A stretch of 64,000 bases of DNA from Macrostomum lignano (Eukaryota), in the NCBI GenBank assembly GCA_002269645.1, contig NIVC01001458.1:186001-250000 (forward strand), in the 5' to 3' direction. Below the pieces are notes generated by a model that had not been told where the DNA came from, did not search any database, and saw only the letters and a program-made list of their open reading frames with translations. A program made the translations under genes and the position numbers. Shown piece by piece: positions 11,992-23,844 of this stretch (positions are counted from its first letter, which is position 1; the number at the start of each line of letters is the position of its first letter).

Positions 11992-12394
11992 AGTTGACGT
12001 CGAGAAAAGCGTAACTCTGATTGGTGACAAATTTGCAATACCACAGGCCGCGATCTTTCCACGAGACAGTCTTGATTCGAACAGTGTACTTAGTAGCCAG
12101 CTTAGCATTAGGATTGTTGCAGAAAATGTCGTGCTTCTCAATATTGTAAGCGATGCAATTTTCGGCCACTTCTGCACCTGTTGGGGAGTGCCAATATACC
12201 GAATAGGTTTTCCGCTGTTTGCCAGCTGACTCCAGATGGCAGGTGAGGTTAGCGGACTGGCCAACATTCACTGGCACCGGGGTTACGGAGGCAGTGATGC
12301 GGAATTCGGTATCGTTAGTTTTAGCCACTGTTTCTGCTGTTGTGACCAGCAGTATTGACAGTGTCAGCAGGAAACTGCAGGTGCTGGGTGTCAT
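11992..12394 (-). CDS. Two-Ig membrane protein, exon 1: signal peptide plus V-like Ig domain (whole protein 335 aa)
   Basis: ATG at 12394, hydrophobic signal FLLTLSILLVTTA, LTC...VYW...DRGLWYC motif, donor GTAAGT at 11991 (phase 1, joins to W-PATIEK). 403+444+161=1008 nt, in frame. Confidence 0.85.
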
Positions 12395-12509
12395 TGTGGC
12401 TGACTTATAGAACTGACTGGAACAGTAAGCGATTAGTTATAGCTTAATATAAATACGCCTACCTGGATTATAAAGACAGACGTGTATATACACACAAATT
12501 ATTTTTCTG

Positions 12510-12540
12510 TTTATTTCCCGCTTGCACAAGCCAATGACCG
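12510..12540. promoter_or_regulatory. Possible promoter elements (E2F-like TTTCCCGC at 12514, CCAAT box AGCCAATGA at 12529)
   Basis: Motif reading only; lies ~120 bp upstream of the Ig gene ATG at the edge of the CpG-depleted block. Confidence 0.3.
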
Positions 12541-15500
12541 GGCAGAGCGGTTTAGAAAAAGTGGGAAGGGAAAAGGAGAGCCCGGAGACCCGAGAGCGAA
12601 TAGGAGCAGATGCACAGATGAATTTTGACAGATCTGCATCACACAGCAGCAGAAATTGAAGTCGCAAAAAAGGTTAAACGAAAGGTAAACGTGAATCTGG
12701 TTCATCCAAGCAATCGAAGGCCTCCAGCTATCTCAGTTCCATCCCTAGCAGTCTTATCAATTCCCACTGGGGCTGGTAGAAGCCCGCGCTTCTTGGGGGT
12801 GAAAAATCCCACTCTCTATCCAGAATCCCCAGATGCAGACTGCAGGCGCCTTGGAGACACACCTGGACCTCTGCTGGGTGGGCTGGGCAGGTTAGCATTA
12901 TTGCACTGCAGCAAAATGTTATTGAACTATAAAACTGTGCCAATATAGCCAATATGGTTATTTATTGATACCTATAGCGAAACTAGCGAAACTATGTGAG
13001 AATTACTAAGTACCCACAATTGAGTTTTTATATTGCACCATTCCATTTAAGAACAAAAACAATTTCTATAGGAATAAGTATTATTTTATAGATAGGCATT
13101 TAGCAATAGCTGTATTTGGTATTTGGTAACAAATTCTTGTGCCAATTAAAATGGATAAATTCAATAATCTTTAACTTATAAGTAAAAGTCATCTAAGAGT
13201 TGAGTTAGACTAAAAGTATAGTTTAAGAATTTATTTCTTATATTTTTAACAAAATACTTTACAGCTAATATTAGTATAAATTTAGGATATGCCTTTAAAT
13301 TTATACTTTAACTTAGTCATCTAGGATTTTGAGGGATTTGGTAATAAAATACATTTTGGTCAATAATAGCATTGCTAGGCCTAATCAATGTTAAATACTT
13401 GATTCAAATCTTATTGCCTAATAAAACCTGGATAAATAATGATCTTACTCTATTTTGTGGAAATGCAACTGTTATTTAGCATTGATATAAATAAATCTTC
13501 ATATCTTCATATGAAAAATTAATTTGAAAGAATTGTTAAGATTCTCATAAGGAATAATTTTGATCCATTTAATTTCTGACCTAAATATACTTTATTGTGA
13601 CTTAATTGCCCTAACAACCCTTAAAAAACAAATTTCATTAAAAAACTACATAATCTAGGTTTTTCTCTCTTGTATACACAATCATTGGACCTAAAGACAA
13701 TTATAATAAAGGCAAAGAAACAATGACCAAGCAACTAAACATCTCTTAGGAGCATGAACAATTCAAAGAAAAAAAACTATATTAAGCACTAGCTATATAA
13801 TTGCTTTATCTATAAGAATATTTTCAGGCCTGATTTAAAAAAAGAAACTTTTTTCTAAGCATTTTTAAAAATAATAAATATTTAGAATTTCTGCTTAAGC
13901 TTAAAACTGAGATCTTACCTAAAAAGTACACCCAAGAAAGCTGCAAAATTTGTGGTAGAATCAGGAAATGATATTTTGCACTATGCAACTAAATGTGCTG
14001 CCAAACTAGATGCTAGGAAAAAAAATTTAGCCAAAACCAATTGAGAACAAGGCAATTCTACAGCCTAGACAATGAAATAATTATGCTATAAACAAAAATA
14101 GAATTAAAAAAACCTGCTAGCCAGTGAGACAATTTATAAACTCAATAATAGTCTTCCTCCCTAATCAACCTAATAATCTAGACAATACCCTGGGTGTCTC
14201 TTGCTGTTGCTATCTGTCCTACACCACTTCAAATCTATTATGCCTAATCTTTTTTAAAGTTCCTTTCTTTCTGCTCTATCCCCTACTTTGTTCTTGCTTC
14301 TTTTTTGCAAATGCTGGTATAATTGCTATTGTAATTAATAATAATTAATAATAATTAATAATATTAATAATTATTATTAATATTAATTAAATAATGCAAT
14401 TCAAAGATATACAAGTGTGGAAGTTTTCAATTCTTTAAAACATTTGAAATATGGAAGTTATAGACAAAATCATGATCTCAAACTGCTTTGAGTAAAAGTG
14501 CTCATTATAATTTTTGGAATATGGAAAAAACAATTCAATATTGTCATTTAATTCCAAACTAACTGTACTTGAAGGTACTGCAATGATTTTTTTCTTGAAA
14601 GAGCAAAACTGGTTTAAATATTTAAAAAAAGGAAAAAAGTACATTTTTTATAGAAATACACTCTTGATTGCTTAATCTGATTTCTAACAACAAAATAGTT
14701 ATTTTCCTGTAGGTACAAACCATTATTACTCTAGGTGAATTTTCAAAAGTGCATACTTTGCCAAAAGTAAATTGAAGCTTAATATTTATAAACATTAGAA
14801 ACAGACCACTAGTGGGTATTCTACTTTGGTTACTTAACTTATTATAATGGACTAATATAAACTGGCACTGGCAGAGACAGATTTAAGAGAAACTAATTTC
14901 TCCATTGTATTTGGCTCTAGCGTTACAATAGCTATATCAGGGTCTAACTGGCTAAGTTATCAAAAGAAGCTAAATACCAATCACTAGTTTTACCATCTTA
15001 TACCTACCATACTACAATTTTAGTCACATGCAATAGTAATACTCTCCTTTAAAAGTTTTTAATATCTAAAATTCTGGGTTAAATTTTATAAAATTTCTCA
15101 AACAGTGAAATTTTAGCTGTTTTTGTTTACATGCTAGTGGTTTGCAAGTAGCTACTTCTGTGTGAAAATACACTGTTATTAATAGGTATTAGTATTATAA
15201 ATTTTGTATATGACCTATAAAAGCTGAAATGTAAATTGTACTTTTCTACTTTTATTTTGTTATTTGTTTGTTTGGGCCAGCTAGCCTTTGGGGGGTATGG
15301 CCTTGGCCACTTTCTCCCCCTTCTATAATGATCCAAACACACTTGAAAGCTTGCCAAAAGTGTACATTTAATATTATTGATTGATTGTTTAAAACAAGCC
15401 TCTAGTGGTTAGTGTTAAAAGTGAGAAAAAGCCTATGGGTGGATTATGAACCCTCCTTTTATGGAAAGTTGGGCCTTGTGCATTGCATAGTGTACACTAT

Positions 15501-17844
15501 ACAAGATAGAAGGTAAAGAGAATGAGAATGATAGGCTAGCCAATAGCAATAGCATGTGATTCTCTCTAGTCCACTATGGTGTAGGGAAAAGAGGGGTGTC
15601 AGATGGCCCAACTCTAAACCCCATATCCAATATAGTGTGCATCCAAAATAAGAAGGGATTGGGTCCAGATAAGTCTTCCCAATGGATATGTATAAATAAA
15701 GACAAACATTGATAAGAAAAATGGCTCTAAACCATAATGGATTATTACACTGTGTCTATTTTTATTAACTAGTTGACTTGTCTTTACACTTCAGCAAGGT
15801 CAAAGTTAACTACTTTTACTTGTATTTGTATTATAGAACTTATGTTTTTAGTTTCCTTTCTTATAAATCATTTGACATTAGATACATTTTATAACTCTTG
15901 TCCTACTTTATCTACTAGGCTAACTTTATGTATGACACAACACAAAATATTAGGAGCATCAATGTTAATAATGCCTAGGAACTTAGAAGTCTTTAAATAA
16001 TCAATACAATTATAAATTTATTATTAAATTCCAATCCCAAAGCTCACTAGGACAAAAAGACTGTCTTCATTAATAATACTAGTATTCTAGTAATAATGAC
16101 AATGTCAATTTAACATCAGTACACAAGACTAAAAATGAACAACTACACAATCTTAGCCATAGGGATAAGCTGAAAATTATTGACACAGATCTGTATAGAT
16201 AAAATTGGAATTATTGACATGGCCTATAGACTTGAATGGTAGTAGCTATTTCAATAAGCTGTCATAGGGATAAGCTAGAAATTATCGTCATAGATTTGTA
16301 TAGATAAAATTGGAATGATTAGCATAGGACCATAGGGATAAACACTTCCTATTGTTTTTGCCTAAGCTAAGATGACATATTATTATATAAAAAAAGAAAT
16401 AACATTGCAAACAAATAGACATTACAAAAATTTTACTTTGTTTAAAAAGCCTAAAAAATATTTAGAAATGATATATAATTATAACATAGGATAGGCCCTA
16501 GCCATTGGGGCAAATCTAAGGGGCAAGAGAGCATGGCCCTCACTTATCCATAGGGCCTAGCAAAAAAAATTAGACCATAATTTATTGGCCTGCAACTATG
16601 CCAGGTCTCCTTTTCAATATTTGGTTGTAGTGCTTAATATAGCTTGCTTACCCCCTCAAAAATTTTCTAAATCTGGGCCTGATGAGTGGATGATATATGA
16701 TGTGTTGATGTTAGGATTATATAATTTTGCATGCCATAACTTAAGCTTCATACAAAAAACCTTTGGGTAGAAAAGTCAATCCCCAGATCGCAGTATTTCT
16801 AGGATCCCAGTCAGATTCCCAGAGCCCTGGAGTCCTGTGATGCCAGGATTTTAAGCAAATTCCAGGATTGGAATGATTGACTTCCATCAATTCCCTACTG
16901 TTTATCGCCTACTTAGGTTTATGGGTGAATTGAATAGTGAATAAAGAATAATCTTTAAAGCCGTTAAGGTCTATCACAAATGCAACTGTAATAAGGTTTA
17001 GTAATTTGCGGCCATACGTCATTACGCCAGTGCCAGTCGCCAGCGAATTATGCAAAATGTAATGCAAAAATTATTATTCTAATAATATATGATTCAAAGT
17101 AATGGTGGTGTGGTACAGTTTAAGGGGTTATAAAAACATGATAAAAATGTTATAAATACTCAAAAATTGCCTAGAAGGAACGGTGCATCCCTCATCACTT
17201 TGCAGAAACATGCACACAAGTTCTAATACGACTAAATTAAATTAATCAGTCTGACAAAGAAAACTTGAAATTGTTAAATCGGAAGCAATTAGTAACAGTA
17301 GAAAATGCAACAAGTAAAATACTTTTTAAATAAACTGTTATAAAAAAATATAATTACAAAGTTTTGTCGTTAGTTAAAAAATTAACAAGTTATGATATAA
17401 ATTTTGCTAAAGTTTAAAAAAATTTAACAATACAGTTATTACTACTTACTTTCTTTGAAAACCGTCAAATCGAAAAAATATGGTCTTTAAACCCGTGGGT
17501 GAAATATACTTTAAATATTCTATTTCAGTTTGCTTCACAATCGGTTGCGGAATTTTTTCTATTCATTGAGCACATACTGAAATAATGTACTTTTAGAAAT
17601 ATGTATTAAGTTTTTTGTCACTCGATTAAGTTAGACTCTTTAATTAATAAGGACAAAATAAAAGAACAAACAGTGAGTAATTTTTATCTCTTGTAATTTA
17701 AGTTTAATGGAGTTTTAAATAACTTTTAAACAGTTCTCATACTGTGTCTAACAAAAATATAATAATGTTTTAAAATATGTTATAATAAAATGTCTTACAA
17801 AAATAAATTTATTTCATATTTGTCTAAAAAGTATTATACTTATA

Positions 17845-18598
17845 GTAATATAGCATTTTGCAGCCCATGGCATTTGGGCTTACTTACGCGCATTTAGCTT
17901 AATCCAAGATATGTTTGCCAATGTAACAGAGCTTTTGTCTATGGTAGCAAGGCTGGTGCAGCGGCATTTGATTTGGTCCAACAAGCATCCATTTGGTCTA
18001 AACACTCATGAGCCATTGGACAAACTCTTGCCTTCTCTTAACCATCTGGCATCTGCAGGTTGTTGTGCATTGCTGAAATGTCAGCGTCTCTACCAAAAGT
18101 TTTCAGTTGCTTTTCCAGAGCTCTGCTGATAGTCGAAATCTGATAACCAACTGGAACTGTTCTTTCAACTTATACTGCATTTTCTGCAACATCAAAAAAG
18201 GATTCATCTCAACTGCATTGAGTAGCAGTTGGACCTAAGGCTCTCAAGTGACTTGCAATCTCTGCCATCAGAGTTTTAACATGCTGCTGGATGCTGAAAA
18301 CCACCTTTTCTTTTATATTCAATAACCTTGCAATGTCTTTTGGGTGTTCACCTCCATCAAGTGCTTCGATCACAAGCCAATGACATTCGTTCAACAGCCT
18401 AGCATAGGCCTATGGTCCACAATTCTGGGACTGAGCTGCAAATGAACTAAATGGACCAAATGGATGCTTGTTGGACCAAATTAAATGCTGCTATGCCAGC
18501 CTTGCTACCATAGACAAAAGCTCTATTACATTGGCAAACATATCTTAGATTAAATTTGATGTGCATAAGCCCAAATGGGCTGCAAAAAGCTATGTTAC
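17845..18598 (-). mobile_element. Internally deleted DNA transposon relic with ~155-bp terminal inverted repeats and a decayed Tc1/IS630-like HTH fragment
   Basis: 17845-17999 is the reverse complement of 18452-18598. Inside, the minus strand reads LVIEALDGGEHPKDIARLLNIKEKVVFSI, ISTISRALEKQLKTF and KRRQEFVQWL with stops and a frameshift. TSD not clear. Confidence 0.6.
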
Positions 18599-18903
18599 AT
18601 ATTACATTTTACATTTATATAATTAATATAGATTAATTTATATAATTAATATTACATTTGTGTTACATGGAATACATAGGTGACCTAATGACCATCTGCT
18701 AGAAAAATTCTCATGTGCACATTATAATCAATAAAGTATTTGGTATTGAGAATTTTTGTATATAAAATATAAATTTGTGTTTGTAATTTTTGAATTTGAA
18801 AATTGTATTAATATAAATAAAAGGCAAAATTTTAGGTATAGAGGCCCATCTTAGTTATGCCAAAATAGGAAATGTGACTTTGTCATATAGCCATAGGCCT
18901 ATA

Positions 18904-19198
18904 CATACATGCGCAACAGTCGGCCGAGTCGGCCGATCCAGCCGACCGATTTGGCGGCCAACCAAGGAAGTCGCAAAAATGCCCACCCAAAAAAATTCCG
19001 AAGTAGTACTAAGTAGCTGACGAGGCATTTTGGCTTAATAAGACAGTCATAGTTACTTCTGCCGTTTACCCAAAGTTGCGTTAAATTTGCTTTACGGTTT
19101 TTTCACATGTAAGTCGCATTTTTGGCCAAAAACTATGTCGCATTTTGTTAAAAACTAAGTCGCACGGCCGACCGAATTTTGGAGGTTGCGCATGTATG
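18904..19198. mobile_element. MITE, 295 bp, 14-bp perfect TIR CATACATGCGCAAC, 8-bp TSD GGCCTATA (hAT- or P-type)
   Basis: TIRs at 18904-18917 and 19185-19198; identical flanks at 18896-18903 and 19199-19206. Confidence 0.88.
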
Positions 19199-19464
19199 GG
19201 CCTATATCAAAATTTAAAAATTTTTACATTTTTATATTTTTATATTGTAACAATCAAAATCAAGCCTGACCTTTTTACATTAATACATTTGATATTTATA
19301 TCTACATTATAACAAAATAAGTGCTGCATTTTTTTTCTCTTTTGGCTTTACAACAACTTATAATTTCACTAAATTATGATATCTAAATTCTTTAATATAG
19401 TATTATCACATTCAATAATATTTTTTTGTTTTTATTTCTATTATCTTTTTACTACTATCTTTTT

Positions 19465-20113
19465 GGTGTAAGACCATTAGACCAAGATGGCCACACACCA
19501 AGATAGCCACAACATTGAATATCTTTCATTAATCTTTTTATCATTAATTAATAACATAATAGCTATTGTTATATTAATTATTATGTTTAATCAATCATAT
19601 TCATAAATACTAATGCAATAATAGATTTGAAACTAATTACCTATAATACAAAAACTTTAATCTTTTTCAATGTTTATGCCAATTTATTCTCTATTATTAC
19701 ATCTATCAAATCTATCCCTATCTATTTATTAAGAAACCATTGCTACTAGTAGTAATGCTATACAAGAATAAAGATAAATATGATAATAAAGATAAATAGA
19801 GATAATAAAGATAAATATGCAACAAGGCAAGGTATTTATTTTGTGCTAGGCCCTAGGCTACTTGCTTGATGTAGTGAATAAATATCTATAGGTCAAGCTA
19901 AAATAAGAGCTAAAGCTAAAGGAATGACTATATAATATAAGGGCCTAATATAATACAATTCCAATATAGCATCTTTTAAAATAAAATAAGTGAAATAAGT
20001 GAATGAGTGAATATATTTTTATAAGTGAAATATATAGACCTAGGCTTATTATAATCTATTTAGACACTTAGAGCTATGGCCATCTTGGTGTGTGGCCATC
20101 TTGGTTATGTACC
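19465..20113. mobile_element. MITE, 649 bp, GGT...ACC termini, 8-bp TSD ATCTTTTT (Merlin- or Mutator-type)
   Basis: Inverted accaagatggccacacaccaagat near both ends; identical flanks at 19457-19464 and 20114-20121. Confidence 0.78.
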
Positions 20114-21177
20114 ATCTTTTTATCAAAATGTTCTGACTTTTGTTTGTTACAAAAAGGAAGATGCACCAATTTTAAAATAGCTCTTGTTTTTTGTAAATCT
20201 TTAAATTGAGGCTTATATATTTATATGTTGTATAAAATATAATATATTAATTTATATAATTAAGAATTAGGGAATATTTGATTATATATAAAATTACTAT
20301 AAATAGGATTTATTAGGCAAAAAATTAATAGATATAACACATTGAGAACCATATTAAAGAGCATATTTATGCTAGGATTTTTTTTAAATATAAGCTGTTG
20401 GGAAATGGCATAATTTGATGTATATATATGCATCATTCTATTTGCTATGCCATAATCAAAATAGCTAGTATAAATTAAGATACATATCAAGCCTATTAAA
20501 GTCTATATCAATATGAAATCTATATTCATTATAGATGATCAAAGACCATAATACCGATATTAGAACATTAATCAAGAAAGAAAAAATTGTGCTAAGTACC
20601 TAGACTGTATGCTAAGTAAAGTATATATATATTTATAGATTTTTTAATGCTTATATACTCTATATATAATCAATGTATTCTATGATATTATAGTTTTTTA
20701 TTCTAGTGTATATGTAGCATGATCTAGAGTACAACCAACAAGCATATAAAGTTGGAAGTAATAAAAAATTCTATTATATTTAACAATGGCTTAATACTAT
20801 AAATTAGATTTATTGAATATAGCCTAATATTCAATTAATCCTTAATAGGTTACTCTTCTAGCCATTAGCAAAGACAAACTTGAAACAATGCTACTTAAGT
20901 AAATTAATTATTGTTATTAAACTCAGCTTTCTTTCATTAATAATAATGGTCAAATTCTAGTGTGAATAACTAGGAGAAAAAAAAGTGGCCATGATTTTTT
21001 GGCAGAAATAGAAAAATAGCAAAATAAAATATGTTGACTTTTTGCCAAAGTATAGGCCTGTTTTCTCTAACTCCATTTGGGTCTTTACCTCCTAGAATCT
21101 ACACACTTCTTTAGCAAGTTTCTAGTTGTGCCACTGACTAATTTTATGTTCTTTTTTAAATTCCAAGAAGATAATCT

Positions 21178-21180
21178 ATC

Positions 21181-21219
<39 letters not shown>

Positions 21220-21226
21220 GCCTGCC

Positions 21227-21283
<57 letters not shown>

Positions 21284-21296
21284 GTCTGTCTGTCTC

Positions 21297-21339
<43 letters not shown>

Positions 21340-21342
21340 GCC

Positions 21343-21407
<65 letters not shown>

Positions 21408-21598
21408 GCCTGTCTGTCTGTCTGCCTGCCTGTCTGTCTGTCTGTCTCTCTGTCTGTCTGTCTCTCTGTCTGTCTGTCTGTCTGTCTGTCTGCCTGTCTG
21501 TCTGTCTGTCTGTCTGCCTGTCTGTCTGTCTGTCTGTCTGTCTGCCTGTCTGTCTGTCTGTCTGTCTGTCTGCCTGTCTGTCTCTGTCTGTCTGTCTC

Positions 21599-21661
<63 letters not shown>

Positions 21662-21672
21662 GCCTGCCTGCC

Positions 21673-21713
<41 letters not shown>
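21178..21713. repeat. (TCTG)n microsatellite
   Basis: Direct reading; ends ~80 bp before the GID8 acceptor at 21792. Confidence 0.97.
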
Positions 21714-21714
<1 letters not shown>

Positions 21715-21845
21715 AATTAATTTATCAAGCACTGATGCGAATCTAAAACTCGAATTGATAAAGTCCCACTCCACCCCGCCATCCGCGCCCAGCGGCAGAC
21801 CCGGACAGAGCCTACGTGTCGTCGGTGATCTCGTCAATCCGGCAG

Positions 21846-22208
21846 ATGATGAGCTTCGCCAACGCCATGGAGAATCTCATGCCCGCTGCAGGTGCCGGCA
21901 GCGTTGGCGGAGCCGCAGCCGCCGCCGCTCCCGGATCCGCGGCCGCCACCTACCGGGCCTACCTTGGCCCAATGGCCGCTCGCTCGCCTCTGGCAGCCGC
22001 CCTTGCCGCCGCCACGGCCGCCGCCGCTGCCAACTCGTCTTCGTCGAGTTCTGGCGCGAGCAGCTCAGCTACAGGCGGCAGATTGGCGGCGGCAGCGGCT
22101 GTCACGGAGGACGGGCGGGAGTGGCTGAACTCGCTGACTGATAAGCGCCTGTTGAATGGCGGCAACAGAGAGCTGCACGACTTGGTGCTGCAGTATCTGA
22201 TCAGCCAG
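21846..22208 (+). CDS. GID8: GID8/TWA1-like protein, first coding exon (Ala/Ser-rich N-terminal extension plus start of LisH); start codon inferred
   Basis: Acceptor ccgcgcccag at 21792, ATG ATG at 21846; VTEDGREWLNSL...ELHDLVLQYLISQ matches GID8 ITKDEWMEKL...MNRLIMNYLV; donor GT at 22209, phase 0. Confidence 0.75.
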
Positions 22209-23100
22209 GTGTGCAAATCACAGCCTATAAAACTTGATAATTCGCCTTCTTTTATGCCTATTGGTATCGGGCGTGTCCTGCGGTTTAGGCTAACTGGTTT
22301 TATAGTTTGGATTTTCTAGTGGATTTGAGATTGGTAGATTCGCTGCCACCAGGCTTCCTGTTTCCCTAATCCTACTAGTTAGAGATAAAGGAGTGACACA
22401 GGAAAACCAATAATTAACAAAATTTATTACTTCAAAAAGATAATATAGAACTGAGCATGCAATGGTTACTTTGTTACTTTTACTTCGACTATCTTAACAG
22501 TTTTACATACTTCCCTAAACTTTCCCAGCCTCTTACCTGATTAAATGTTCTGAGTTAGCAAACGGGATCATCACAAACGGATGCTTTCCCAAGAGCCCAA
22601 CTGCTCTGTAGATATAGAGAATCCCCAAAATTAGTAATTTACCCCGGCTCTACGAGTAATTACTTCCTCTAACTAAAACTACTGACAGTAGTCAAAAAGC
22701 ATATCTGTCCCGCTACTAAGTCTCCCCTTAAATTAATGCCCTACTACACTATTGAAACCAAGCTATTAATGCCGTCAAAGACAACCGCCCGAAACACGAG
22801 ACACTGATAAAAGCGAGTCAAACTTGAACAGAAAGACCGGAAACTTCGTTTCTTAGAAACTATTTGAAGGTTGCTTTGCGCCTTTTAAAGTACACAGTAC
22901 CGAAATAGAAATATTTCATACTTTCTGTGCTTTAAAATCAAAGTAGATGAATAGGCAAATCATGTATTAAAAATTGATGTGCTTCCAATAGAAAACTTTC
23001 GCTTGTTTGTAAAGTTTTAAAAGCTAGCCTTTCAAAATTATGTTCCCAAGAAGCCTCAGAGTCGTCCTCAGTATAAATTGGTCATCCTGGCGCAACACCG

Positions 23101-23270
23101 GCGACATCGTCGCACTACCAGCGCTGACGGCAATTCTGACCCATTCCGCTGACTCCTGAACGCATTCAAGCGCGCCAATCTGTACGCAGGCTCGCAGGGT
23201 GTACAGCGGAGCTGACTTTCCAATCGTCAGGCATGTACACTCTGTGCCTTGGGGAGGTTGGCCCTCATGA
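23101..23270 (+). repeat. Unnamed ~170-bp dispersed repeat (other copies at 11868-11947, 30682-30800, 63864-64000)
   Basis: Shared blocks gcgacat[c/t]gtc, ccattccgc[t/c]gact, ctcaca...gtgtaca.cgg, tcag.catgtacactctg. Confidence 0.75.
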
Positions 23271-23271
23271 A

Positions 23272-23703
23272 TACAGATACTAGAATAACCAGATGGGCCA
23301 CTCAGCACATTTGCGTGTAAGCTACTTTTAGTTCAGTAGTAGGTTAAACTAGAGCATTTTAATGTATTCTTAAAGCCGAGGCTCATTTATTGGCTCTTGC
23401 CTCTTAACCCCCCCCACCCCAGCTTAAACCCTCTAACCACGCCTTTCCACACTACCCCCGCCCCGCCCTAGTTTTTATTGCCATGTACATTACAGAGGAC
23501 TGGCTATTGCTGAACCAATTAGCAAGTTATTTACGCCTGCAAGCTTGGCTTCTAAACTTATCAAAGTCATTTCAGTTGCCTTTATTTTTATAAAATAGCT
23601 TATGTATTCTTCTTTGCTACTGAACTGCAAGTAGAAAGCTGTTTTGCTAAGTACGAGTATAAATATGCCTGAGTGGCCCATCCAGTTAATTTTAGTATCT
23701 GTG
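23272..23703 (+). mobile_element. MITE family A copy 1 (TIR [C/T]ACAGATACTA, 8-bp TSD CTCATGA[A/C]) in GID8 intron 1
   Basis: Ends tacagatacta...tagtatctgtg; 7/8 TSD match; homologous along its length to 26057-26501 in reverse orientation. Confidence 0.85.
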
Positions 23704-23844
23704 CTCATGACTGTGAATCTTGTGACAACCAATGACAAACAATGGTCGTGGCGCGAGAGTCAGATGCTCCATTTCTAATCATACTACTCACAATTTTAAG
23801 ATTTGTAAGTAGCAAGCAGCAAATTTTATTGCCTATTATTGCAG

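Noticed and set aside
13930-14020. CKICG...C..C pattern reminiscent of a transposase zinc ribbon
   Set aside because: Interrupted by stops, very short, no flanking transposase homology.
16774-16902. Short inverted AGTCAATC / GATTGACT pair
   Set aside because: Only 8 bp and no TSD; not enough for a MITE call.
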